This document shows positions 36,330-46,466 of a DNA stretch of 64,000 nucleotides, one piece after another; within the stretch, counting starts at the first letter, position 1; every line of letters begins with the position of its first letter. The translations under genes were made by a program, and so were the position numbers. A model generated the notes under the pieces. That model searched no databases. It worked only from the letters and a program-made list of their open reading frames with translations, and was not told where the DNA came from. This DNA comes from a phage. The stretch lies in the NCBI GenBank assembly GCA_020773975.1, contig GCA_020773975.1_3638.1, one strand, 5' to 3'.

Positions 36330-38081
36330 GTGGCGGACATGACTAAATTTGAACAGGCGGTAGATCAGGTTGTAGAAGATTCTGAACGCCTTCATAAAGT
36401 TGTCAATGGGGCAGCTACTGAAACTGTAGTTACAGAGGATGGCAGTCTGATACCTACAGTCAGAAAAGCATTTCTTGACAATTTATTCTTTAAAACACCT
36501 CCACTGCCGTGGGTTGCTGGACAACAGACGACGGTATTTAATCAGTTGTATGCCTATACAGGGGAAAGAGGTGTCCAATGGTGGTATGCACCCGGTGCGA
36601 CAGAGAGTTCGCCTGTAACACTACCTCCTAATCCAGTCAATAATGTTAACTGGAGATTATACAACGATTCAGAATCTATTTCTCAGGTATTTGCGCCTAT
36701 TGACAGCCCTATTTTTACAGGGAACCCTCAAGCACCAACACCATCAGCGGATAGTAACAGTACAACTCTGGCAACAACACAATTCGTTACTAGAGCTATT
36801 GCTACTGCTTTGGCTGGAATTGCGGGTGGCAACGGTACATTCGCGGATCTTACTGTAACAGGTTTAGCGAGTCTTAATACGCTTTCTGTTGGCGGTGTGT
36901 CAACATTTAATGGGCCTGTTAATGCTGAAAATCAAACAGGAAAATTCCAGAATCTTATCTTAACAAAAGATAATTCAAGTCTATCTTTTGCCTACAGTGA
37001 TGATTCTAACCCGACGTTTATGAAAACAAGGCTTGAAGCATACTCAGCGCAGACACATCAGTTACATACAGACATCATCATAAACGGTGTGCCAGTAGCA
37101 GACAATACAACAATGTCTTTCACAGGTCTTGGTAATAATACCTTCGACTATGTTTACATTACAGGTAACTCTAAAAAAGACCCTTCTGAAGCTCGTCTTA
37201 AAGTTTCTGGGATAACAGAACTTGAAAACTTAAAGATTACAGGTACTGTAACAGGACTTTCTTTTTCTGTCAATGGGGAAGATATCTCGCCTAATTCTGT
37301 AACAACGGCACAAGGGATTACTGTAGGTGGTGATTTACAAGTCAATGGTAACACCAATCTCAACAGTACAACATGTGAGAGCTTAGAAGTTACTAACAAC
37401 CTTGTTGTTAATGGACAAGCCAGTCTCAAAGATTTCTCCTCTACAACTGGTAATGTCACAGAGCTATTAACTTTAGGGGAGGGATTCACTGCGACTGGTG
37501 ACGGGTATGTAGGTGGTGATCTAACTGTCAACGGAACTTCAACCCTTGGTAAGATAATATCTGATGGCGATGTGACTTTAAATAGATCTTCTGGCACAAC
37601 AACAGTAAACAACCTGATTGTTAAGGGGACTGTATCTGGTATTACGGTTGATTTGACAGGACAAAACGTAAACGTAGCATCTCTTTCTGCTCAAAGCAGT
37701 GTAACGACAGATCAGTTATTTGTTAACGGCCAGACACAACTTTCTTCCACCAATGTAAGTTTCCTAACTTTACAATCGGAAGAAGTTGACGATCCGACAG
37801 CAACATGGGCACCAAGCGGCACATCCAACATTTATAATGTCACAGTAAATAAAAATCTGACAATCGGAGCATGGCCTGATCCACAGCAACCTTTCTCCGC
37901 TATGATTTATCTGACGCAGGATGCCACAGGTGGGCACAGTGTGACTCTGGATCCTAATTATGTTGTCCTTAACAGTGAAACTGTTAATACAACAGCAAAT
38001 TCAGTCACCATCCTTCAATTAACCTTTAATGGTGTTGAAGGTGGGGTTATCGACACTGTTATTGTCCGTAGACCACAATAA
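36330..38081 (+). CDS. tail fibre protein (583 aa)
   Basis: GTG start; conserved fibre motif SPIFTGNPQAPTPSADSNSTTLATTQFV; long Thr/Gly/Asn/Val-rich repeats. Confidence 0.6.
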   Translation: MADMTKFEQAVDQVVEDSERLHKVVNGAATETVVTEDGSLIPTVRKAFLDNLFFKTPPLPWVAGQQTTVFNQLYAYTGERGVQWWYAPGATESSPVTLPPNPVNNVNWRLYNDSESISQVFAPIDSPIFTGNPQAPTPSADSNSTTLATTQFVTRAIATALAGIAGGNGTFADLTVTGLASLNTLSVGGVSTFNGPVNAENQTGKFQNLILTKDNSSLSFAYSDDSNPTFMKTRLEAYSAQTHQLHTDIIINGVPVADNTTMSFTGLGNNTFDYVYITGNSKKDPSEARLKVSGITELENLKITGTVTGLSFSVNGEDISPNSVTTAQGITVGGDLQVNGNTNLNSTTCESLEVTNNLVVNGQASLKDFSSTTGNVTELLTLGEGFTATGDGYVGGDLTVNGTSTLGKIISDGDVTLNRSSGTTTVNNLIVKGTVSGITVDLTGQNVNVASLSAQSSVTTDQLFVNGQTQLSSTNVSFLTLQSEEVDDPTATWAPSGTSNIYNVTVNKNLTIGAWPDPQQPFSAMIYLTQDATGGHSVTLDPNYVVLNSETVNTTANSVTILQLTFNGVEGGVIDTVIVRRPQ

Positions 38082-38085
38082 TGTA

Positions 38086-38112
38086 AAAGGCCACAGCAGT
38101 GGCCTTTGTTTT
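38086..38112 (+). terminator. rho-independent terminator
   Basis: AGGCCAC-AGCA-GTGGCCT hairpin followed by TTGTTTT. Confidence 0.5.
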
Positions 38113-38122
38113 AGGAGGTTTA

Positions 38123-38731
38123 ATGTATCCAATTCCTTGTTTCTATAATACAATTATTAACAAGATAGCGGCACAATCCATAACTTTACAACCTATAGGT
38201 ATTGCATTAAAAGGTAGTTCTAAAAAGCTGGCGTATGCGGTTTCCCCCGAAGGGGCTGATATATATGATATAACTTTTGAAGCTAATACGCCGGATTCGG
38301 TCTCTGTTAATAAAGATGGGGAAATATCCTTTATTTCAGAAGGTTACTTCAGTATATTAATGACAGCAAAGACAGTTGGAGATATAACTTTATCCGATGT
38401 TATAATTGGAAATGTAGAAGAGTTGAGATTGGACGTTGACCCTATAGGAAATAGACCAATCGGGGACAGGTTCTGGTTTGTCTATAGAGGCGATCCTTCT
38501 TTTGATCCTGGCAACCCATCCCCTAATATGGTTGGTTTTGATGTATTCCCGCCAAAGATCATGGAAGAAGATGACTTCTTTGTCTATGGGTTTGCAGAAA
38601 CACCTAACATCATAAGCATGGCTCCTAGCGGGATATTTACATGCATATCCTCTGGTGAGGCACAATGTGGATTAAAAGGTACATACAAAGATGTTTCTGC
38701 CACCCACAAAGAAACAGTAACGGTGGTTTAA
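38123..38731 (+). CDS. putative Ig-like (BIG2-type) domain protein, fibre-associated
   Basis: ORF track 38099 trimmed to ATG 5 nt after AGGAGG; ITLQPIGIALKGSSKKLAYAVSPEGA resembles bacterial Ig-like domain. Confidence 0.4.
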   Translation: MYPIPCFYNTIINKIAAQSITLQPIGIALKGSSKKLAYAVSPEGADIYDITFEANTPDSVSVNKDGEISFISEGYFSILMTAKTVGDITLSDVIIGNVEELRLDVDPIGNRPIGDRFWFVYRGDPSFDPGNPSPNMVGFDVFPPKIMEEDDFFVYGFAETPNIISMAPSGIFTCISSGEAQCGLKGTYKDVSATHKETVTVV

Positions 38732-38875
38732 TAAAGCTCTTTTATAATTTTGTAGGACATCACTTATTTTTACAAGTAAATATTTATTACAAATAATCCA
38801 CACTTTATAGGAGTATGTAATTATCATAAGATCGCCACTGTTGTATAAATCCCTAATAAACACCTAGACTTTAAT

Positions 38876-38909
38876 CAAAAAATGGAGGGGAGATCCCCTC
38901 CATTTTTAT
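38876..38909. terminator. bidirectional terminator at the switch between late (+) and early (-) gene blocks
   Basis: ATGGAGGGGA-GATC-CCCCTCCAT hairpin flanked by A-run and T-run. Confidence 0.65.
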
Positions 38910-38916
38910 GAGGTAT

Positions 38917-40134
38917 TTACAGGATGTATACCCGATGTTTACCGTACTGTAGACCTACAGGACTGAAAGGGATATCTTCATCATAGTCAAATTCAGGTGC
39001 TGGCGATTCCATATTCGGAATATCGCTATTGGAACTGTTCAAAGGTTCCTCAGCATGCTGTTTGTTCTTTTGTTGTGTCTTCCCATCACCTTTAGATAAG
39101 AACTCGTAAAACGGCTCTGATAGTGTTAGGTAAACATCTTTGGCGGCATTCAGAATACTATCTTCTGTTATTTTATCGGTTTGATGATACAAAGCACAAG
39201 CCACTAAGATAGCATTACCCGCACTAGCGCCCACCGCATTAGATTCCACATCTTTTCCTGTTTTCTCTGCCACAAAAGCCTTCATAGCTACTGTAGCGTT
39301 GTGAACCATCTTCGCGGCAGAGAGACGATCCTCGATCTTAAAACCAGCTTTAATGAGTTCCTTCACACCGTTGATGCCGTGCCCACAAGCAACACCTAAA
39401 GCATCATAGCCGCCAGATGACTTCTTAGTCTGCCCAGCAGGACCATAGGCTTTAAATCCACTTAAGACCGTACCATCACTTAGGTTAACAATCGCAGTGA
39501 CACGACCACCTACTACAACTTGCGCCAATTGCTCATCTGTGAGGACAAGGTTTCCTTGACCATTCTTCTCATCATTAACTGTCACCACATTGCCAACGAT
39601 TGCAGCAATCTCACCATAAATTTTAGTGCCTTTAACTTGGGCATTTGCAGGTGATTGGGTCGAAGATTGCTGGCGAGGAGCACTTTGACCAACTTTACTT
39701 TCATCGAGAATGCTGAAGGTCTTTCCGTTTAAAGTGCCGTTTGTATACGTTTTATCCCCACTCTTAGTAATTTTGAGAGGGAAAGAAACAACCATCCCCG
39801 CCACAATATCTTTGTATCCAGAATCAAATTTCACCTGAATTTTGTCTGCATGGCTTGGGTGAAGTTTTTTCTCACCCATAGAAATCCACTCACCTTGGCT
39901 CTGTGGGTCAATAACGTTGTTATTATCGTCAACCTCTTGCATCAGGAAACTGATTGAGTGCGTAGCCTCAATAACTTTAGCTGGTTGCCCGTTGCGAGCA
40001 GGGATATGGGTACGCCGGATACCATCTGCGTCAGCGTTTTTCACTGGACGAATATTAACATACTTGATAAAACCTTTCGCAAAATAATCAACTTTTCCGT
40101 TGATTGGATTCTTAAATTCATTGATTACGCTCAT
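38917..40134 (-). CDS. hypothetical protein, possible DNA-binding protein (405 aa)
   Basis: ORF track; acidic C-terminal region with DEDIPF reminiscent of SSB tails but not at the extreme C-terminus. Confidence 0.3.
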   Translation of the reverse strand: MSVINEFKNPINGKVDYFAKGFIKYVNIRPVKNADADGIRRTHIPARNGQPAKVIEATHSISFLMQEVDDNNNVIDPQSQGEWISMGEKKLHPSHADKIQVKFDSGYKDIVAGMVVSFPLKITKSGDKTYTNGTLNGKTFSILDESKVGQSAPRQQSSTQSPANAQVKGTKIYGEIAAIVGNVVTVNDEKNGQGNLVLTDEQLAQVVVGGRVTAIVNLSDGTVLSGFKAYGPAGQTKKSSGGYDALGVACGHGINGVKELIKAGFKIEDRLSAAKMVHNATVAMKAFVAEKTGKDVESNAVGASAGNAILVACALYHQTDKITEDSILNAAKDVYLTLSEPFYEFLSKGDGKTQQKNKQHAEEPLNSSNSDIPNMESPAPEFDYDEDIPFSPVGLQYGKHRVYIL

Positions 40135-40148
40135 TCTCTCTCCTTTTA

Positions 40149-40490
40149 TTACTTAACGCCTTCAGCAGTTTCGTTTCCAACGCTCAACATTTTATCTACC
40201 ACTAAATCTTCAACTTGATTTAGCAGGTTCAATGCAAAAGTGGAAGCAGTATTTAATTTCAACAAATTGTTGCGGTGTCCTCGGATCCATGAAATTGCAT
40301 CCTCTACCGTTTTATAGTTACCACTTTGGATGAGCTTTAGCATCTCTTCTCGAATTTCTTTCGACCCGATTACTGTTCCCATCTGGTGACTGGCGCTGGA
40401 CAAGTATACGATTGTTCCAAACTGCCCTTCATCAAGATCAAGAAAACGGATATCCTCTTTATTTTCAGGTGTTTGTTTTTCTTTAGGCAT
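40149..40490 (-). CDS. hypothetical protein (113 aa)
   Basis: ORF track. Confidence 0.35.
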   Translation of the reverse strand: MPKEKQTPENKEDIRFLDLDEGQFGTIVYLSSASHQMGTVIGSKEIREEMLKLIQSGNYKTVEDAISWIRGHRNNLLKLNTASTFALNLLNQVEDLVVDKMLSVGNETAEGVK

Positions 40491-40550
40491 GTCTATTCCT
40501 TACAAGGTTGTTGAGTATCACATCTTACACTATGCATGCATGCATGTATG

Positions 40551-40742
40551 TCAAGATGATTTTTTGTCTTTTTCTTGGAGAAAAGACAGGACAAATGCTG
40601 TAACCGCTATAATCAAAGGGGGCATGACAACAATTGCCCATGGTAGGTATAGAGGGGCAAGAACTAACCACCAAGACCAGTCTATAATCTCACACAACTT
40701 CAACGCTATGAAGAGAATGCTTAACGCAGATAAAAATCTCAT
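40551..40742 (-). CDS. small membrane protein (63 aa)
   Basis: ORF track; two hydrophobic helices. Confidence 0.3.
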   Translation of the reverse strand: MRFLSALSILFIALKLCEIIDWSWWLVLAPLYLPWAIVVMPPLIIAVTAFVLSFLQEKDKKSS

Positions 40743-40749
40743 AAAAACC

Positions 40750-41031
40750 TCAAGAGAAAAACTCTTCTATAACTTCCCAAACCCTTTCCGAACCCCCTCC
40801 TGAAAGGATACTCCAAATAACCATATCTTGATAGCCTTTCTTACACACATCCACTTGTCGAAATGCTTTGTGGAAACCCTCTGGACAACCATATTCCACA
40901 GGGAGCATATCCACATTATCTTCGAAATATTTAAGTAGCAATTCCTCTTCCAAAGAGGGGTTGTTGCGAAGTTTCTCTTTGAGATTCTCAACAAGTTGTG
41001 CACCTGTTAACTTTTTGTTTGTCATGTCCAA
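40750..41031 (-). CDS. hypothetical protein (93 aa)
   Basis: ORF track. Confidence 0.3.
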   Translation of the reverse strand: MDMTNKKLTGAQLVENLKEKLRNNPSLEEELLLKYFEDNVDMLPVEYGCPEGFHKAFRQVDVCKKGYQDMVIWSILSGGGSERVWEVIEEFFS

Positions 41032-41378
41032 TCTCCATTTTTAATTTCCAGTATATCTACGCTCTCTGTTGGTACAAAGCCAACAACAGGCTTCATACAT
41101 TTCTCTTTTACATTATCGAAGACATACATTTCATCCAATGCTTTTTGTGTTGTGCACGATTCCCAGTTTTTTGTGTACTCTTTGTAGCCATCCTCGTAAA
41201 GGAGGAAGTAGTTAATAGTTGTTGCCCCAAGAATAACGAACATAACAAAAGAGACAACAACGTGTTTCCATGTTCCTTTATACGATAAAATGAAAGCCCA
41301 AATAGAACACAACACATAAAACGATAAAGCAGGGAACCAGTTATTATGCACCTGTACCCACTCTAAAAAAGACATCAT
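41022..41378 (-). CDS. membrane protein (118 aa)
   Basis: ORF track; hydrophobic helices. Confidence 0.3.
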   Translation of the reverse strand: MMSFLEWVQVHNNWFPALSFYVLCSIWAFILSYKGTWKHVVVSFVMFVILGATTINYFLLYEDGYKEYTKNWESCTTQKALDEMYVFDNVKEKCMKPVVGFVPTESVDILEIKNGDWT

Positions 41379-41382
41379 GTTT

Positions 41383-41676
41383 CTATCCTTTATTTATATA
41401 TCTCTTCCAGTCAGAAACAATGTTAGATGCAAGCTGGTAAGTTCCGTTGGCATGTCCATCAGTTTTTGCTGCCGCTTTTACATATGGTAGGGATTGTTCG
41501 AGAGCATCCACAATCAAGGGACACATTGCAATAGCCAAAGCTAGATTCCCGTTTTCAGCGGTACAGATTGGGGAGTAGCTCTCCATTCCGTTTCCGTATT
41601 TCTCAAGACTACCTTTAACAATAACTTGGTCTTCACCAAACAAATCCTCATGATGTTCCCACATTTCTTCGATCAT
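41383..41676 (-). CDS. hypothetical protein (97 aa)
   Basis: ORF track. Confidence 0.3.
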   Translation of the reverse strand: MIEEMWEHHEDLFGEDQVIVKGSLEKYGNGMESYSPICTAENGNLALAIAMCPLIVDALEQSLPYVKAAAKTDGHANGTYQLASNIVSDWKRYINKG

Positions 41677-41898
41677 CTAGTTGTTCCTCAATTTTGCCAT
41701 TGCATTATTAAATATTTTTTCGAGTTTCCTGTATTTAATCTTTTGTTTTATGCTTAACTTTTTTCTCTCTCCGGCAACCATTGCGCCATAATACTTAAAT
41801 AAAACAACACGTCTATTGCTTACTTTTAATACTTGGGATTCCCTTTTCCTTGGCAGGAGAAGGATTTTAGCTTTGCGATTTTTCAACTTTACCTCCAA
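41677..41898 (-). CDS. hypothetical basic protein (73 aa)
   Basis: ORF track; Lys/Arg-rich. Confidence 0.3.
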   Translation of the reverse strand: MEVKLKNRKAKILLLPRKRESQVLKVSNRRVVLFKYYGAMVAGERKKLSIKQKIKYRKLEKIFNNAMAKLRNN

Positions 41899-42310
41899 TC
41901 ATCTTATCCAGTTTTCGCCACATATCCCACACACCACCATTACCTATTGTGTTTTTCGATGGAGTCACACAGGCGATAAATTCCAGATCAGTGCCCTTAT
42001 TCATAAGATATTCAGATACCAACCCTGAAGCGATCAGTTTTATATTTTCAAGGTCTTCTTCAAGCTCCTTAATACGAGCCTGTGCTTTTTCAATTTCTTC
42101 CTTATGTCTTTTGTATTCTTGAAAAGCGTGCCAAGATTGTCCTTTATGAACACTTTCACAAATGGCCTCTACTTGCTCTTTTGAGAGCACAGTGAGTGGT
42201 TGAGATGGGAAAATCATTATTTGTCCACTATCCCAATCGAATCCTGCATGTATAGATTGAACATCAACCGAAGGTGTTGCTCCAACAGTACCTGGGGAAT
42301 GAATAACCAT
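41867..42310 (-). CDS. hypothetical protein (147 aa)
   Basis: ORF track; C-terminal coiled-coil-like region. Confidence 0.35.
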   Translation of the reverse strand: MVIHSPGTVGATPSVDVQSIHAGFDWDSGQIMIFPSQPLTVLSKEQVEAICESVHKGQSWHAFQEYKRHKEEIEKAQARIKELEEDLENIKLIASGLVSEYLMNKGTDLEFIACVTPSKNTIGNGGVWDMWRKLDKMIGGKVEKSQS

Positions 42311-42432
42311 CGTTAATTTTAATCAAAGGGAAGTCAGTAATCAAGACATGATTTAAACCAACGGCAGTAACAAGGTATTTCTGCTCTGGATCCCAAGACA
42401 ATTTAGACTTGTACAAACAACCTTGTCTAATT

Positions 42433-43068
42433 TTAAAATCTTCCACACACCCACCCTTCACAGTTGTGATCACGACATCCTTCAAAATCATATGGGCTGT
42501 ACTGCCAGGTTATTTTTCCGCAGTGCGGACAATTCCAGCGCACTTTCCCGCTTCGTGACCTCTTCCTTCTGTTCTGCTTTTTCAACCAATCAGGCATGAC
42601 CAAACCTGCGCCCTGAACCATTGTTCTGCGGTTAAAGTTATTGATATTGAACGTCCGGCGCTTTGCTGCATCAGCAATGGAAAATGGCAACCAAACTATT
42701 CCTGGTTCGTTTTTGTTGGCGACGCTAAAGATGGTCGCTTTACTGAAGTCATCTGTTGGCAATCCACCGTGTTGAAGCCAGTAAACATCGTTGCCGTTCC
42801 AGCTACCTTTTTTGTAGGCCACATACGCAGTGCAATCTGACTCAATCAGGCTTTCTGTAGGGATGTACTGGCAATCAACGTGCCACACAGCCATTGCATC
42901 CACACTATCAGCGCAAACAGGTTGATCGATATCTCGACCACAATTCCAGGCTTTTTGGGCTTCTTCCAGCGTGTAAACATGAGCGCGATCGATATCATAA
43001 CTGTAACCATTGCCGTTATGGCAATGGAATGAGGCGTTATTACCCACAGTTTCACGCAAGCACATCAT
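42433..43068 (-). CDS. hypothetical protein with C-terminal CxxC zinc ribbon (GC-rich island)
   Basis: ORF track 42433..43119 trimmed to internal Met; C-terminal WNCPHCGKITW...CEGWVCGRF; enterobacterial-like composition. Confidence 0.35.
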   Translation of the reverse strand: MMCLRETVGNNASFHCHNGNGYSYDIDRAHVYTLEEAQKAWNCGRDIDQPVCADSVDAMAVWHVDCQYIPTESLIESDCTAYVAYKKGSWNGNDVYWLQHGGLPTDDFSKATIFSVANKNEPGIVWLPFSIADAAKRRTFNINNFNRRTMVQGAGLVMPDWLKKQNRRKRSRSGKVRWNCPHCGKITWQYSPYDFEGCRDHNCEGWVCGRF

Positions 43069-43082
43069 GTAAAAACGGTTGC

Positions 43083-43532
43083 TCACTGGTTGCCTCCGTT
43101 GCGAAGCTGTTCCGCACAATGCCGCAGGGCATCCGTAGCATCTTTAAGCGTAACCATCTCGTCATCATCCAGTCCTGCTCCCCTCGCATCCATGACAAAC
43201 GCTGCGCAAAGGTCGTTAAACACTTCAGCCCGTATTTCAGCCAGAAAAGCATCGGTGGCTGGGGTTTTGATATCATAAATTTCAGGAAGAATCTCTTCCC
43301 ATGTGACGATATCACCATTCAAATGCCAATCGGCAATCCCACTGGAGTTATCAGCAACATCGTGGACAGCTTTAATCGCTCTGTGCAGGGCTATATTCTC
43401 AGCAACCAATTCTGCACAACGAGTCTCCAGTTCTGAGATTTTCTTTTTATTATGGTATCCCTTTTCTAAAAGAGTTGCGCATTTACTACCTAGGCGTTTG
43501 ATTTCATTGGTGTACACTGATTTCTCAGTCAT
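43083..43532 (-). CDS. hypothetical protein, lambdoid-prophage-like (149 aa)
   Basis: ORF track; GC-rich; N-terminal coiled coil. Confidence 0.35.
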   Translation of the reverse strand: MTEKSVYTNEIKRLGSKCATLLEKGYHNKKKISELETRCAELVAENIALHRAIKAVHDVADNSSGIADWHLNGDIVTWEEILPEIYDIKTPATDAFLAEIRAEVFNDLCAAFVMDARGAGLDDDEMVTLKDATDALRHCAEQLRNGGNQ

Positions 43533-43752
43533 GGTTGGCTACCCCTTTCTTCAACAACTTGATGTTAGTTTTAAGTTCTGCAATTTGACACATAGCGTCA
43601 ATATTTGTGTCTTCTAACTTCTTAATTTCATCAAGAAGTGTCAATACAACCTCCGGTGTTACCATACTACGATAATCCGTCACCTCTTGATAAGTACCGC
43701 CATCTCTTGCTATCTCTGCTAACTTACGTAATTCTTGGTAGTCAATTTTCAT
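43525..43752 (-). CDS. hypothetical protein (75 aa)
   Basis: ORF track; GC-rich island. Confidence 0.3.
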   Translation of the reverse strand: MKIDYQELRKLAEIARDGGTYQEVTDYRSMVTPEVVLTLLDEIKKLEDTNIDAMCQIAELKTNIKLLKKGVANHD

Positions 43753-44146
43753 AACTTGATAAGTCCTGCGTTGTTTTATTTACTACATCATATGCCTCTT
43801 TGAGCACCCAGTCAACAGCATCTTTCCATGCTCCGGTTTCGACTGGTGGATTCTCACGCTTAACCTGTTCATAGAAGCGCACTGCTTTAATCAATCCTTC
43901 TAAGGTTACAGGTGTGGTGTATAACGCCTGAATTTCGTAGTTTGGTCTGTCGTTACAATCCTCTTTTGTCGGTACATATTTCCAGTCACCAACCCACGGC
44001 TCCCCCTGAGAGTCCGTAACGCCTTTTTTCACGTAGCGATATCGCCATGCAACTGGTTGTTGGGTTGCTGCTTTAAGGCTTGGTGACGAAGATGGAAGCG
44101 CAACATTAGTCATTTCCGAGATGACAGGTTGATAACCATTGCTCAT
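43742..44146 (-). CDS. hypothetical protein (134 aa)
   Basis: ORF track; GC-rich island. Confidence 0.3.
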   Translation of the reverse strand: MSNGYQPVISEMTNVALPSSSPSLKAATQQPVAWRYRYVKKGVTDSQGEPWVGDWKYVPTKEDCNDRPNYEIQALYTTPVTLEGLIKAVRFYEQVKRENPPVETGAWKDAVDWVLKEAYDVVNKTTQDLSSYEN

Positions 44147-44321
44147 TTAAATCTCCTCCTGCCTCATATGCCACTTGTAACCAATACATAAATGTTTCAA
44201 TAGAAACACAACCACAATCCACATCAATCTGGTCATGTTGTTGTTCCAACCACTGCTGAAAACGTGATTTTTGAGTATCATTCTCTGGTTGTTCTTTTAT
44301 CATTATCACCCCCATCGGCAA
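44106..44321 (-). CDS. hypothetical protein (71 aa)
   Basis: ORF track; GC-rich island. Confidence 0.25.
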   Translation of the reverse strand: MPMGVIMIKEQPENDTQKSRFQQWLEQQHDQIDVDCGCVSIETFMYWLQVAYEAGGDLNEQWLSTCHLGND

Positions 44322-44385
44322 ACTGAGTACACTGCAAAGGCTACAGCCATTACAACCCCTACCGTTGTGAATGCTTCAGGCCAAG

Positions 44386-45048
44386 TCATTGATTCATCCC
44401 CTTCTTTTTGAGCATAGCGGCACGACAGGCATTCCAGCCATCAACATAATCAAACGTATTGCTATCGTCTGGCTCGATTTCATCTGGTACTGCCAATGTC
44501 GGCTGGGCGGCAGCATTGGCAAAGGCTGCACGCAACCCTGTCTTAATCTCCTCTACCTCATCAGCACCTAGCGATGAATCTGACAGTGCATGATGGAATG
44601 CGTATGCCATGTCGTCGTTTACTGTTATCGGTTCCACTTTCTTTACTGTAAGTGTTGGCGGTACATGATACAACGGGATTACACGACGCGGGTCTGTACC
44701 TTTACCTGGTGGGTACGGCATTATCCAGCCTAAACCAATCTGATCAACATCCCGCAACTCCTCTTCGTCCGTCCATCCCACCGGTTCTGCTCTCAACTCC
44801 ACCTGCGCATTAGGGGAGGTGTAGAGTGGGATTCCTTTCCTCCCACCAGAAAATTCATTGCGAGCGTTATACTCACGACCATCTGCGTCCTCACACATCC
44901 ATGCTACAGGCTCTGTTTCCAGCACTGCCAGAGCAATTCGAGCCAGTTCTTGCGCTTCTTCTGCTGGCAGTACAACGTTGCCACCAAGTCCGTATGTTTC
45001 GCGCCATTGCTTGATTGTCAGCAGACGTTCTTTGGTAATAGTGGTCAT
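44386..45048 (-). CDS. hypothetical protein, prophage-like (220 aa)
   Basis: ORF track; GC-rich; acidic. Confidence 0.35.
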   Translation of the reverse strand: MTTITKERLLTIKQWRETYGLGGNVVLPAEEAQELARIALAVLETEPVAWMCEDADGREYNARNEFSGGRKGIPLYTSPNAQVELRAEPVGWTDEEELRDVDQIGLGWIMPYPPGKGTDPRRVIPLYHVPPTLTVKKVEPITVNDDMAYAFHHALSDSSLGADEVEEIKTGLRAAFANAAAQPTLAVPDEIEPDDSNTFDYVDGWNACRAAMLKKKGMNQ

Positions 45049-45050
45049 AA

Positions 45051-45311
45051 CTATTTCACCTTAATCTCAACATTTCTCACATCTAGCTCTACGGGGAGTT
45101 CTGACTTTCCGGTCAGTGCTAATGCAAGATTTTCTGGGGTAACAAGGACAGTTATTGTTTTTCCTCTCTCCAGACGAATAGCCATTCTTATCTTGTCATC
45201 ATCACCTGTGTTAGGTCGAGTAATTGATATTTGTCCGTTCATATATTTATCCTTTGTTATTAATATGCCAATCCTTAACAAATAGTTATGTGAATGAAAG
45301 AAAGCAACCAA
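45051..45311 (-). CDS. hypothetical small protein
   Basis: ORF track; true start may be the internal Met (MNGQISITRP). Confidence 0.3.
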   Translation of the reverse strand: MVAFFHSHNYLLRIGILITKDKYMNGQISITRPNTGDDDKIRMAIRLERGKTITVLVTPENLALALTGKSELPVELDVRNVEIKVK

Positions 45312-45642
45312 AGAATTGACTCAATAGCTGCCCAACCAATAACTGCACAAACAACACCAAGAAACAAGAAAAAACCAGTACTGGGCAAATTATTGAACAT
45401 CCTCACTCCCTTTTTTGTTATTAACACGCTGTTGGAGGTCTTTTAGATGGTCAATATTAGAGCGAACATGCTTAAGTAGCTGCTCTTTTGTAAAGGTTTT
45501 CATGATTCCCCCTCATTGAACAGAATATCTCGTAATACAGGGACGCTTTTATCCATACTTGCTTTAAATTGTTTACTGTTCGCACTTGCCCATGTATACA
45601 CAACCATTTTAGCAGCGTCGCTCAAAGTTTCATACTTATTTC

Positions 45643-45984
45643 TTAAAGCTCCTTGAACAAATCTATGTTGTCTTGTACCCATTGCAAGCGTTCTTTGTTC
45701 TCATGGCAAGCCTTTTTAAACATTTCTCTACTATAGGGACTTGTCTGGTTGAAAGGCAATCTTTTGTCTAGCCCCGCCTTTTCGAAATCATCATGCAGCA
45801 TGTCTAGTAGGTCATCTCTGTAGCAGGACAAATGATTCACATTGCACCAATCAAATAAATTAGCGCACAAACCACAGTCACGAGAGAAAATATCAGAGTC
45901 TGGTGCTCCTCTTTTTACCCAAGCATCGTAAGAAAGGTAAAAACTTTGTAGTAAGACATGTAGCTTTGTAATATCAAAATTCAT
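45643..45984 (-). CDS. hypothetical protein (113 aa)
   Basis: ORF track. Confidence 0.3.
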   Translation of the reverse strand: MNFDITKLHVLLQSFYLSYDAWVKRGAPDSDIFSRDCGLCANLFDWCNVNHLSCYRDDLLDMLHDDFEKAGLDKRLPFNQTSPYSREMFKKACHENKERLQWVQDNIDLFKEL

Positions 45985-46442
45985 TGTTCGAAATCTCCAT
46001 TACGAAGTTGTTCTGCATAAAGAAGGGCTTGCTTTCCCGCATAGATGATGCTTTCTTCTTGCTCCTGCTCTCCGATACGGATTGTGAGCATACCGTACAT
46101 ATGAACACCTTGAGCCATCATCTCTGTAGAAAACTTCTGTGTGGCTTCCAAACCAGGCATTAAAAGTGATTGATCTGCTGGGGTATATGCATCAGAGATA
46201 TCAGATTGTTCCCCATCAAAAACATAACAACTCTCACGAATGAACTTCTTTAGGAGTGCATTTTCTGATGCTACGTCAATGAACATACCCTCCAGTTTCT
46301 TGTAGTCATCGTAAGAAACCATGTCTGTACAGAAGGAACTCCCTTGTACAGGGGGTGATAAATAGTCACTTGGTATTGCATGTATCTTTACATTTCTCAT
46401 AGAAATTCTCCACAAAGTGTCAGGTAGCGAAATGATACACAA
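45981..46442 (-). CDS. hypothetical protein (153 aa)
   Basis: ORF track; overlapping stop/start with neighbour. Confidence 0.3.
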   Translation of the reverse strand: MCIISLPDTLWRISMRNVKIHAIPSDYLSPPVQGSSFCTDMVSYDDYKKLEGMFIDVASENALLKKFIRESCYVFDGEQSDISDAYTPADQSLLMPGLEATQKFSTEMMAQGVHMYGMLTIRIGEQEQEESIIYAGKQALLYAEQLRNGDFEQ

Positions 46443-46466
46443 ACAGATTGCCTATAGCAAGTGTTC

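Noticed and set aside
37154-37612. 152-aa ORF on the - strand
   Set aside because: Antisense to the well-supported tail fibre gene 36330..38081 inside the uniformly + strand structural module.
42894-43436. 180-aa ORF on the + strand (and nearby + strand ORFs 43090..43278, 43303..43617, 44826..45285)
   Set aside because: Antisense to co-oriented minus-strand genes within the GC-rich island; likely compositional artefacts.
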